Positions 14,421-27,738 of a DNA stretch of 41,624 nucleotides are shown here, one piece after another. Source of the DNA: Octopus bimaculoides (Eukaryota); NCBI RefSeq assembly GCF_001194135.2, contig NC_069001.1:551466-593089 (forward strand), read 5' to 3'. The number at the start of each line of letters is the position of its first letter. The first letter of the stretch is position 1. Made by a program: the position numbers and the translations under genes. The notes under the pieces were generated by a model. It saw only the letters and a list, made by a program, of their open reading frames with translations, was not told the DNA's origin and did not search any database.

Positions 14421-17400
14421 TATATATATGTATGTGTGTGTGTGTGTATTTGTATGTATGCATGAATTTTTTGTTTTAATTTTTTTTTATGTTCTAAATA
14501 TTTCCTCTTATTGTTGAAACCATTCCCTTTCACAGTGGATGAATCCAAGGACACTCGTTACATTGGACACCACAGAAAAGATTCATGTTATAGACGTGAG
14601 GTCCGAAGAAGAGCTAGAAGTAAGTTCATTGCTTTGGCCCCTTTTTTCCTCTTTCACCTCTTTCCTTTCCTTAATCCCTTAATCCAGTTTAGTGCAAACC
14701 CTTTTCTGTTGAGTAATGAAACGGTTTCCAGTTGCAAGTTGTATTTTCCAAGAAAGTATCATGAGTGTAGCTCTTCCTTGTTCAACGATGACAAAGTCAG
14801 AGTTGCTCAGAGCGAGCCCCACCGGCTTGCATACGAAAAGCATGGAATGGTGGTAAACGATCCATCTGCAGGATTGTCTTAAGCACTGGGAATCACAAAC
14901 CTTGAGCTTCATGCAGTTTCCACAGCAAATAAGGGACTGAGAAGACAACACTAGACCCCTTCGCTGAGCAAAGACGCTGGTCTGTGGCAGGGTTAAACGC
15001 TGCAAGCTGTTACACGACGACTCATTTACACCTGAATGGGCTGGAGCAATGGGAAACGAAATGTTTTGCTCAAGAAGACACAATGCATTGCCCACTCATT
15101 CTTGGAATTGAAACCATGATCTTATAGACAGGAGTGAAACACCTTAACCACCAAGCAATATGCCTGCCTTCCTTTAACTTAGCTATGTTAAAAAAAAAAA
15201 CCCCAAAAAAAACTATATTTAAATAGAATAAAATGTAGGCTAACCAAACTTGCTGTTGTCTGTTTGTTTTTTCTCTTCAGATTGTTGACATTGCTGATGT
15301 CCAACTGGTTTATGGATCGAGTCACTTCAAGTCTTTAGCAACAGGAGGAAATGTCAGTGAAGCTCTGGTAAATATAATCTTTTGCTGGTGTTCTTTGGTT
15401 GTTTTTCCCCATAAGGTGCAATAGTTTTGCCTTCCCCCACCCCCACCCAAAAAGGAAAATAAATCACTATTGGCATTTTAAAATNNNNNNNNNNCTTCCC
15501 TCCATTTCTTTCTCTTCCTCTCATGAGAAATGTCGATTGGGCAGTGTGATAGCAGAGGCTACGGTAACAATAGCATCATCATTAATCAAGGCAGGTGAAG
15601 GGGGAAGGAGGGAAAGGAGATGGTTGGGCGGAAGAGATGGAAGCAACTGCAACAGCAAGAACGGTGAAGGGGGCATCAATAGCAGCAACGGAAGCAGTGG
15701 TGGTAACAGCAGCGGCGGCAGTAGTAGCAGCATCTGCAGAAGCAACATTAATAGTAAAAGCAGAGTGGAAGGAGGTAGTAGTAGTAGTAGTAGTAGTAAT
15801 GGATCACATTGGCCCCCATTTTTGATGACTTTGAGATCTATGCATCCCTCGTTCCACCTAGAATGGAAGGTGGGTTGGCAGTGTTGTTTAAGAGAGGTCT
15901 GGGTTTTGAGGAACTGCCTGCTTTAGGGAATTTTAATGTTTGATTTTTTGTTGTTAATTATTATTGTTTTATTGTATACAAGAATTTTTGTGCTAAGTCC
16001 CACTTGTTCCTTGTGCTGTATTGTCTCTTTTTTTTCTTTGTATTTGGCCCTTGTGGCCAATAAAAAAATATCATTTATCATCATCATGCTGGTAGAATCG
16101 TTAGCACACCAGACAAAATGCTTAGCAGCATTTTGTCCACCTTTACATATTTGAATTCAAATTCCATCAGGATTGACTTAGCCTTTCATCCTTTTGGGAT
16201 CGATAAAATAAGTAACAGTCGAGCACTGGGGTTGATGTAATCGACTTACCCCCACCTCTGAAATTACTGGCCTTGTGCTAAACTTGGATAACATTATCAT
16301 TATCATTATTATTAATTGGTTATTATTTATCATCATCATCATTATCATTATTATTATTATTGTTATTATTTTAACTCAGGTTTTATCGGAACTCCAGGAG
16401 TGTCGCGTGAGTACCAGGCTTGCTTCCTGCAGCCTATGGTACCATGTTTTCAGTTCTTTACAATTATCTAATACTTTCCTGATGATTCTGACAGGGCCAT
16501 AGAGGCAGACATTTTCCAACAGCTCTTCTGGGCATTCTTTCGCCATTTTCTTTATGTTCCTCTCATTATCCTTTGGTATTGTCCCCAAGGTCCCAACAAT
16601 CATTGGGTTTATCTTCACTTTTTCCTTTTCCCACACTCAAGCTATCTTGTATTTAAGAAGCTTGGGTGTGTCTATTTTTTTTTTGCATTCCTTTGTGGGT
16701 CAAAAACTTATTATTATTATCTGAGGTGGTGAGCTGGTAGAATCATTACCATACCTGGCAAAATGCTTAGTAGCATTTTGTCTGTCTTTACGTTCTGAAC
16801 TCAAATCCCACGGAGGTCGACTTTATCTTTCATCCTTTCGGGGTCAATAAAATAAGTACCACTTGTGTACTGGGGTTGATGTACCCACTTCCCTAAAATA
16901 GCTGGCCTTGTGCCAAAATTTGAAACCAGCGTCATTCTTATTATTAGGTATTACTAGAGAGTACTGTAGAAGGGAGACAAGCACAATTTAACCACGCAGA
17001 AACGCACTTTTTCTTGAATCATTTTCATGTGAAAACACATTTTTTTTTTCCATGGAAAATTATATCATTTGAAAGTTCTAACCCTAACCCTAACCCTAAT
17101 CTGCATCTACAGCACAGTCTCCTCTCTGCAAATTTAACTTATATATAATATATATATCTTTTGTCTTTTCCTTGTTTCAGTCCTTAGACAGGCGCTGCCC
17201 CATGCTGGAGCAGCGCTGCCTTGAAGAATTTCTAGTCGAATAAATCAACCCCAGTACTTAATTTTTTCTTCAAGCCTGGTACTTATTCTATTGGTCTCTG
17301 TTGCCAAATTGCTAAGTTATAAGGATGTAAATAAACCAATATAGGTTGACAAACAGTGGTGGGAGACAAACACAAAGTCACACATACATAGATATACATA

Positions 17401-17875
17401 TACATATAGGTCAGGCTTCTTTCAGTTTCCATCTACAAGATCCACTCACAAGACTTTGGACAGCCCAAGACTATAGTAGAATAAACTTACTCAAGGTGCC
17501 ACGCAGTGGGACTGAATCCAGAACCATGTGGTTGGGAAGCAGGCTTCTTACCACACAGTCAGACCTGTGCTTATGTGTGTGTGTGTGTGTGTGTACATAT
17601 GTATATATAATACTTAAAATTTAAAAGAATTTATTCTAATAATGCTTTTGTAATTAATAACCATTGGTTTTTTGGGGGTATTTTTTCAGCAATTTCACAA
17701 CTTAACTTGTTTCCATATTGAGTGTCTAAGTCAGAGTTAACCATTTACAAATTAAACCATTTTCATACATCCTCTCNNNNNNNNNNNNNNNNNNNNNNNN
17801 NNNNNNNNNNNNNNNNNNNNNNNNNNNNNNNNNNNNNNNNNNNNNNNNNNNNNNNNNNNNNNNNNNNNNNNNNNN

Positions 17876-17922
<47 letters not shown>

Positions 17923-20900
17923 CACACACACACATAGATAGATAGATACATACATACATACATACATAAACAGACAGACAGATAGATAGAATGATATAAA
18001 TATATAAATACACACACACACACACACACACACAAGGTGGCTAAATGAAATACATCTTTCTTCTCCTTTTATTCATATCAGGCATTTGCTGGTGAACAAG
18101 CATGTTATCAGTCTGTGGTCAGCCATGGTGGTCAGCTGTTTCTCCTAGGAACTGAATCTGTTACAGTCTTTTCTGTGAGGTCATGGATGGAGGTACGTAT
18201 TCTTCTATCTCTGTATGACCCTCTCTTGTGTTCCTATTTTTCAGAAAATTATTTCGAAATGTATGCCTCTTCTAACCACTGTATAAACATGATCCCTGTA
18301 AACCGTTATATACATACATATATAAGCCTATATATATATATATATAAAGGAAAGAAATAAGATGTAAAAACACAGAAGATTTGTTTTACAAGACTCAAGA
18401 ATACATCAGAATCCTAATAGCAAAAGTATTGTACAATATTATACAAAATAAGGTTTTTTCCTTCCAACATGATAACCGGTTTTGCTATCACTTTTCAAAT
18501 TTTGAATTTTGGATGAACTCATCCAAAGCTGAAAACTTGAAAACTGATAGCAATCCACACACTGCTTCCATTGGTGTTGCAATGCTTGGATCCCATTTCT
18601 GAAGAAGCTTTCATCTTGTTGGTCACAAAATGTCATTAACAGCAGATTTGATCTCATCATCACTGCAATACAGAGTCCAGTCTTGCATAAAACCCTCACA
18701 TAAGGCTTACGTTTGAGAACATCATTTGAAAATAGTCAGTGTTTTTTGTTGTTTTCTTCTTGCAGAGAATTGAGGTCCTTGTGAAACAGAACAAATACAG
18801 GAGTGCCCTTGCCTTGGCTCTGTCCTTCTATGAAGGAAAGGCTAAAGCTGTTGTTGGACTGGTCGGTTCTTCTAGAAAACGAAAAGGCATTGTGAAAGAT
18901 TTAGTACGTGATTTTTTCATTATTATTTTTACCCCTTTTTTTTTATATTGTCAACGTGCTGTTGTTGTATGACCCTAGGTCAGCAGATATGTGTGTGACT
19001 GTAATGACTCCCTGGGTGCGTGTGTGTGTATGTGTGTGTGTGTCTCTCTCTCTCTCTCTCTTTAGTCCCCACCTCCTCTAAAGTAAAATAACTTAAATAT
19101 GTGCGAGTTATTTCCCCCTGATAATTTTTTCACTCAATCTCCGTAAAACGTGATTTCAGAATTTTAAAGGGACGTAATTCTCAAGCCAACCAAAGCCTTG
19201 TGAGTGAATTTGGTAGACGAAAACTGAAAGAAGCCCATTGTGTATGTGTTTGTGTGTCCCACCCCTGCTTGACAACTGGTGTTGGAGAATTTACATCACC
19301 ATAACTTAGCAGTTCAACAAAAGAGACTGATAGAATTATTACCATGCTTAAAAACAAAATACGTGTCCTGGTATCAATTCATTCAACTAAAATCCTTCAA
19401 GGTGGTGCTGTAACATGGCCACAGTCTAATGACTGAAACAAGACATTTATTTCTAATCCTTTATACTTCAAAGGGAAACAAGTGACAAGTTTTCTTTCTT
19501 CTTTTCTATTTAATTTCTTTTCTTTCTTCTTCTTCTTCTTCAGATGTTGAATCTGTTGTTTGAATTTGTGGATTTATCAATGACTCAGTTTTGTCCTGAA
19601 AAGGGGAAAATTGAAACTTTGGAAGACTATTACCAGGTAAACCACTTTCAATTTAATCCATATTCCTTTTAAATCCCCTCCAGGGGCATTTTTTCTATTC
19701 CTCTCTTTGCATTTTGAAATTCTTTTTCAGACTTGTTTCTTTTACTCTTCATGTGCATATTTAATGGGGTTATATCTTTGCTTTTCATCCCTCCAGGGGT
19801 CGATAAGATGAAAAAGTGTCAGTCAAGTACTGAGACTGATGGAACCAACGAAACCCCTCCCCTCAAAATTTCAGGCCTTCGTACCTGCATTAAAAATTTT
19901 ATCATTATCATTAATAAAAGACATGTAATGAAATACTAACCATGTGTGTGGATAGAACGGTTAGTAAAATATATTAAAATACTAACCAATGTTTGGAGAT
20001 ATAATAGTAGTACAAAGTATATCAAAATACTGACCAGACATGTAGATATAATAGTGAGGAAAATGTATTGGAATATGGGCCACACATGTAGATGTAATGG
20101 TTAGTAAAATATATTGACATACTAACCACATTTGTAGAAATAATAGTTACTAGTACAAAATACATTCAAATACTGACCACATTTGTTTACCTTTTCTGTT
20201 AATGACAGGTTAAATCTTTCTGCTAATTATTTACTTAATTGACCATCTCCTCTACATGCTTCTTTATACATATTTTTTTTACTTGTTCTAAACTTTATAA
20301 CAATTGCATGGACCCCCTCCACTAATACCTGGCATCTCCCTCTTCTCTTTCCCAGGGTATCGTTCCTGTGTGTGTAGACTATTGCCTATGCTTGGAATGT
20401 GTGTAAGTAAAATTCTTCTCCTGTAATTAAAAATTAATTAACTACCTCATTAGACAATAGACTTCTATACATTCTCTCAACCATCTAGAAATAACCACTA
20501 AGTCTCCTTCAAATCCCAACCTACTTTGTTAAGAAAAAAATAGTACATATTAGTGTAGTCCTAGGTAGACTGTGACAGTATCTAGATATGCTGATGCTGT
20601 TTACTGCAACAACCCATAAATTATGGTTTCTTTTACCTTTTCTTGACCATCTTCATGGACTTTTCTCCCATTTTCAATGAGTTATAAAACAATTTCTATT
20701 ATTAGGTGCTGGTATGGTTGTGTGGTCAAGAAGTTTGCTTCAGAACTGCATGGTTAGGAGTTCAATCCCAGGATGGATGCTGTCTGTCAGTTTCCCGTAC
20801 TCTGTGTGTGTGTATTCATGTGTGTGTTTGTGTGAGTTTGTATTTCTCTTTGTCTTCATGTGTTTTTGCCAACTGTAAACAACAGGCTCATTCAAACGGT

Positions 20901-23900
20901 GTCGTCTATTCCCAGTTTCCCACATAAAACACCTCTGGGTCATCTGTTGTTCAATGGACTGGGATATTGTTAGCTCTCTGGGAAACAAGTGCAGGTTTGA
21001 CCACAGGGTGGGTATCCATTTGTAGTAGAAACTCTACCTCATTCTACTCTTGCAGGGTACATAGACATTTAAACAATGATAACAGTTGATTTCCTTTAAT
21101 TACAGAAAAGAAAGAAAATGAAACCAATTTATTTTTGTTTTATTAAAAATTTTTTAAAAATTTTAAATAATTGTTTTACTTTCAGTGATATTTTATTTGG
21201 TCGAATTTACGATCGTTTCGGAATGGATGTAATTGCAAAAGACACGTTCTTAGAGTGCCTGGAACCATACATTCTTGATGACAAACTAAGTTCCATCCCA
21301 CCGACCGTTATGAAGGATTTCGTTGAACATTATGAAGGCAAAGGAATGCTGGAGAGTGTGGAAGCGTGCATCGTCCACCTTGAAGTGACCACGTTGGATA
21401 TACACCACGTAAGTAATTTCAAGGGAGAGCATGGCCAGATTGTTGATGTTATTGTTATATGCTGCTATACAATCTGTCTGTATTATTCTTCCTCTTCCAG
21501 TTTGTGTATGTCTGTTGGAATCATGGTAAAAAAGGATTTATATAATACCGTTTATCTTTGCTTGGAACCAAGCTAAATGTTGCTACAATTTGTTTGTAAG
21601 CTTCCTCATCTTCCAAGGTGCAGGTGTGGGTGTGTTGTTAAGTTTTCTTACTGACCACATGGTTCCAGGTTCAGTCCCATTGCATGGCACCTTGGACAAG
21701 TCCATGTGGGTGAATTTGGTAGATGGAAACTAAACATGTTTGATCTCTCTTTGGTCTAACATTGTGTTGATAGTCGTAAAAGAGCATACCTGTCATGCAA
21801 GCAGTGTCCTTCATTTATGACATTTCCATGTAAAAATGCCTGGCCGCTGGGAAATATAACTTTGCTTGGAAACAGATGAGGGTTGGGGACTGGAAGGGCA
21901 TCCAGTAGTGGAAACTCTGCCTCGGTAAATTCTGTCCCCCGCCACATGCAAGCCTCAAGAAGTGGACATTAAAATGGTGATGATGATGATGATTCCAGAC
22001 TGACCATGATTTGTATAATGCCAGAATCTATGTTTTGGAACCATATGAAATGGCTGTAACAACATATATTTGTAATATTCTTCTTCTTCCTCTTCTAGAT
22101 TGTCCATCTCTGTTGGAACCATGGTTTATACGATGCCATAATTTATGTCTACAACAAGGGAATGAATGATTATACAACCCCACTTGAAGAATTATTGATT
22201 TTACTGGAAGCAGCCATTAACACTGGTAAACAACTTACTGGTGAGTGAGTTAATGTAACTTTTCCCTGAAAAAAAAACAGCCTCACTCACAACTGAGGCT
22301 GTGTCTTTTGCTTGTCAACTGCAGCAAGCAGTTCTTGGCTTTTGCTGAGTGAGTTAATGCAACTTTCGAGTGTTGGGCCTCACGGAGGCAATGACAAATG
22401 ACTGAGACCTTAGCATTATGTCGGACTTGAGAAGAAGACCCATCGAGCCAAGTAAAATCAGTCATGGCAGATGCTGGTGTCACACAAATGGCACCTGTGC
22501 CAGTGGAACGTCAGAGCACCCATTACGCTCTTGGAGTGGTTAGCCTTAGGAAGGGCATCCAGCCATTCATGCCATGCCAAATCAGACTGGAGTCTGGTGC
22601 AGGCAGCCTTCCAGCTTGCTAGTCCTGGTCGAACCATCCAGTCCATGCCAGCATGGACAAAGGATATTAAATGATTATTACTATTATTATTATTATTATT
22701 ATTATATTATACACAATGTTTATCTTTGTATAAACATGGTTTATATAAATATCCACACTCTCTGTTTCAATATTCCTATAACCATTATAGAGATATTTAT
22801 CTCCAACTATAAATGAAGGTTGCATGAGAACATGGAATTCTGTGTTATGTACCATGTGAGGTTCTCTTGTATGGGACTGTGGTGTCTATAAACACTCATG
22901 CTTATACTGCTGACAGACAATAATCGTCCATCCCACTTTTACTGGGAGATAAATTTTACCATTTTGGTATTCATACTGTTTTTGTCAGTGTTAATTTTTA
23001 TAGAGATATATTTCTTATCCTCTGTCATCTTCTATTTACAGATGATCAAATCAGACTTGGAAATAAACTTCTTGTCTATATCAGGTAAGTAATAGTTTTA
23101 TAATCCTCATCATTGGAAGGACCAAAAATAGATTAGAGACATTTGCAGTGTGGTTGTAGGAAGAGAGGACTGTGTATTTAAAGTGTTTGCTAAGCAATTT
23201 CATGGTTCCATGATTACAAATCATGTAAAAATGTCTCATTAATATCTCTGATATTTGAAAATATAATAAAAATAGAAAATATTTTTTTACCCACTTTTTA
23301 CCATATTTTTTTCTTCTTTGAAATACTCTGTTTTATTTTAATTCATTAAAAAGATGACAAAGAATTTTGAAAAATTTCTTTGTCATCCTTCAGCTTATAT
23401 TTGAAAGTTCAAAGAACAAGAAATTTTCATGGAAAGTTATAATTTAGATCTCTTTACCATCCTTCATCTCAAGTCTCCTTAAATTACTAACCCAAGCTTA
23501 CACAACAGTAACAATCAAAATTCTCTCAAAAAATGCCTCAAAAGTGCCTTTGGTCTTTGTAGATACATTAAAAAAGTAACCAAAATATATTTCATTTTAT
23601 TTAGATACCTTTTTCATATTTTTCCTCTTTTTCGCAAATTCCTTTAGCTATTGTTTAGCTGGTCGCGGTTATCCACTTGGAGATATTCCAGAAGAATTTA
23701 TCCCAGAAGTCAAAGAACAGGTAAAGACATCTTATTTAACACACACACACACACACACACCTTTGTTGATATGCTGTGCTTGAGAAGACTAGTGAAGCCA
23801 AGGTGGCCGTTGCCAGTATCCTATAAATGGCACCCATGAAGTCATAACCGTGGCCGTTGCTCTTCGAACGTCAGGCCTCACAGAGGCAATGACAAGTGAC

Positions 23901-24186
23901 TGAGACCTTTGGCAATATGCTGTGCTAGGGAAGACCCCTCAAGCCAAGTGGAACTGTAGTTGTGACCGTTGCCAGTGTCACGCAAATGGCACCCATGCTG
24001 GTGGCATGTAAAAAGCATCTATTACACTCTCGGAGTGGTTGGCATTAGGAAGGGCATCCAGCCATAGAAACCGTGCCAAAACAGACTGGAACCTGGTGCA
24101 GCACTCCGACTTAGCAGTCCCAGTCAAACCGTCCAGCCCAAGCCAGCATGGAAAGCGGACATTAAATGATGATGATGACAATAGTG

Positions 24187-24222
<36 letters not shown>

Positions 24223-24426
24223 CCTCATCATTTAATGTCCATTCTCTGTGCTTTCACACATTTATAAATATTAAATTGAATAAGAAAAACATGAAGATGA
24301 CTTTCACAATTGTCTTCCTTTTTTAATTTACTTTTTTAGGTCTTCAAATGTGTCAGCTGTTTGCACCGGACCAAGTCTAAAGAAAGTAGGTTTTGTTTCA
24401 CTTTCTATGTTACTTGTATATATCTG

Positions 24427-24488
<62 letters not shown>

Positions 24489-25161
24489 GTTTATAGATAG
24501 ATAGATAGATATTAATCATGTTATGTATCGTGTGTCATCCTCATTATTGTTAAAGGGGTCACAAATGGAAGAACACAAGATATCTTCATAGCTCAAGGCA
24601 AAGGTCATGAAAAAATTGTTTGATTGAGAGGGGTCATTAATGTAATACTAAATGTCTTTACTGCATGTGGAAAAAATGGTGAAGGAATTTCTTTGATCCA
24701 AAGGGGCTTTCTAATGGAAAAAATGTCAGAAGCTCTGATTGATAAACAACTTGATTTGCTGTTGTAGGGTCACTTGTTTTGTTGTTGTTGTTGTTGCTAT
24801 TTCTGTCTAACTCTGTTACTACATCAAGGAGTGGTCAAACTTCAAGAGCAGGAAGCCAACAAAAATAATTGCATGGGAACTCGGAAATTCTTTAATTAAG
24901 AGGTGTATGCAGTGATTGCCGAGGTTGGAGAGAGTAAAAGACAATAAGTGGCCAGGGTGATGTTGCGTGCAGCAGCTCCTTTTCAATGACTTGCACTAAA
25001 TAAACAAGCAAAAACTTCCTCTCCAACCACTTGAGGACATCCTGAATCTTGCTGACACAATAAAAGCCCAACCAGATCTAACCCAATGTCTTTTTGTGTT
25101 GCCAGAGTTTTGTGGGAGGGAACGGGGTTGCAAGGATAAGTTTGTAAATAGCTATGTGAAT

Positions 25162-25194
<33 letters not shown>

Positions 25195-27541
25195 GTTTCA
25201 CATTTTAGCAGAAGGCTTGCAATTACAGGGGTGGAGGGTAGGTCAATTACATCTACCACGGTGCTCAACTGGGATTTATTTTATCAATCCCCAAAGTCAA
25301 CCTCAACAGAATTTGAACTCAGAATGTGAAGACAATTGATATGCCCCTCAGCATTTTGTCTGACATTCTAACAGTTCTACCAGCTCACCACATTATGAAT
25401 TATTATTATTAGTTTCCAATTTAGGAACAAGGCCAGTATTTTGATGAGGAAGGGTTTAGTCCAGGCCATCAAGCCCATTACTTGACCAGGGTAAATTAGA
25501 TTTATCAACCTCAAAAAGATGTAAGGCATAGTTGGCCTTCATCCGTATGTGTGTTTATATATGTGTATGTGTGTGTATATTTATTCAGATGATGTAAATG
25601 TTTTATGTAAACTTGTGTGTATATCTCAGAGAGCATTGCCACTAGAATAAGGATAGCCTGGACAAATTACTGGCTTGCCAGTCCTCAGTCAAACTGTCCA
25701 ACCCATGCCAGCATGGAAAACAGACGTTAAACGATGATGATATATATATAGTGTAAATGTGCACACACACACACACACACATGTATATAAAGTTGGTTAT
25801 TCAGATGTGAATGAATTGCTTCTCTTTCCAGATGAACCAGCTTATCCTCACCTGAGAACTCTTCTTCAGTTTGATACAATAGAATTCCTCAATGTCTTGG
25901 CATTGGTAAGTCTGTTGATGAGTAACCAGCTTCTCTTTGAATGTGTTTTGTGTTGTTGGTGTTTGCATTTCTAAATGACAGACAGCCATGAGTTGTTGTT
26001 TTTGCTTTGGTCAAGCAGGTCTATGATCAAGGGCATCACAGCCATGACCATCTCTTTGTATGTAAGACAATCCAGGACTGTGTTATCCAATATGTGCTTT
26101 TCATAAATTGGTAGTGTGTGAGTTGTGGGTGGTTTTGGCTGCTGTTTCAACAAGTAGGGCAACCACATAGTGACTTTCTTTTGTAGCAGGTGACACAAAC
26201 AACTCATACTGAATGGCATCAGCCTTTGCCAGATTTGTCTTGGATAGTATTACAGCCCCAGACTTTCTCCCTAGTGAAAGCAATGTATTGGACCCCAGCA
26301 TATATATAGATTGGGCTTTCTAGATTTGTGGGGCTTCAGGGCAACTACCCAACATACCCATATCTGAAGACAGCATTGGTTGTGTATAGCAACTTTGTGA
26401 TGGTCAAATGTGACAAATGGCATTGGGTGGTATCAACCGTAACAGTTGACATTGACCGATGACAGTGATACGTCTATTAAACATCACAACGGGTGGAGTT
26501 AATGGACATGCATGACATTAATCTTGTATTTTTGCTCTGTGAGAATAAGATACTTGACATTCTTGTATTTCTGCTTTATAAAATTCCTTATAAGATTTAT
26601 CCTATTCTGTTTCTCTAACTCAGGCTTTCGAAGAACCAGAATTCAATACAGATGAAGGGTAAGAACCATTTACAATTAAATCATCTGGATCATTCTATTT
26701 TTCATTTTGTCTTCACAAAATTCTTGGTGGGAAGAGGGAGGCCCTGCGATAGAATTGGTAACCAGTTGGAAGGGTGTCATCTTTTATGAGCTTCTTCCCA
26801 CAAACAGGGCCATCAATTCTGATGTGTACTGTGACCAGTTGATCCACCAGAAGTATCCAGCACTTGCTAATCATAAGTTGTCTTTCATGACAATGCTAGA
26901 CTGCACACTTCTTTACAGACATGGCAGATGATGCTGGGAAATTTTGCCATACTCTCCATATTTAGCCAACCTTGTGCCTTCAGATTTCCACCTGGACAGA
27001 CCTTCAACTCTGAAAAGGATGTACAAAATTCATCTGAAACAGTTTTTTATTAGTAAAAACAGAAACTTTTTTGAGCAGGGAATAATGGATCTGCTTATGA
27101 GTTGGCAGAAGATACTGAAACTGAACAGTAATTGTACCATTAATTGAATAAATCACTTGTCTTATTTTCCCTTCAAAAGGCAAACAAACTTTATAGCCAA
27201 CCCAATACACACACATACACACAGTGTAGTAATGAAATTTAAAGGAAAGTTTTGACTGCTATTTCAAGCAAGTCAAGTAACATTTACACCAGTGAGGAAT
27301 CTCTCATTCATTGTGTCAATGTTATTGTCTGATAGAGACTCTGGAATATTTTGTTGCAGGATCCAGAAACGCCAGAGAGTGATTGACATCCTATTACAGG
27401 TGATGGTTGAAAGTGTTGGATTCAATGTGAGTAACATAATAACCTTCATTGTCATTCTTTATTATTGTTAGTAATTTAGTTTCTACATCTGTTTACCTAT
27501 ATACCCCCTCTCTCTCTCTTGATATGTGTATGTGTACATAT

Positions 27542-27585
<44 letters not shown>

Positions 27586-27675
27586 TGATTTCTTGTTTTC
27601 TTTACAAGACTTTTCTGTGAATTCCTTGAGATCTTTTCTGTTTTCAACCAAAATGGAGATGAACACCATCCTTTC

Positions 27676-27738
<63 letters not shown>

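Noticed and set aside
15399-15926. 175-aa Gly/Ser-rich ORF and overlapping ORFs
   Set aside because: Low-complexity (AGC/GTA)n DNA spanning an N gap; no real ATG or splice context and no homology signal.
19933-20190. Possible CRISPR-like array
   Set aside because: Eukaryotic intron; the whole unit is homologous between copies with no unique spacers and no cas genes.
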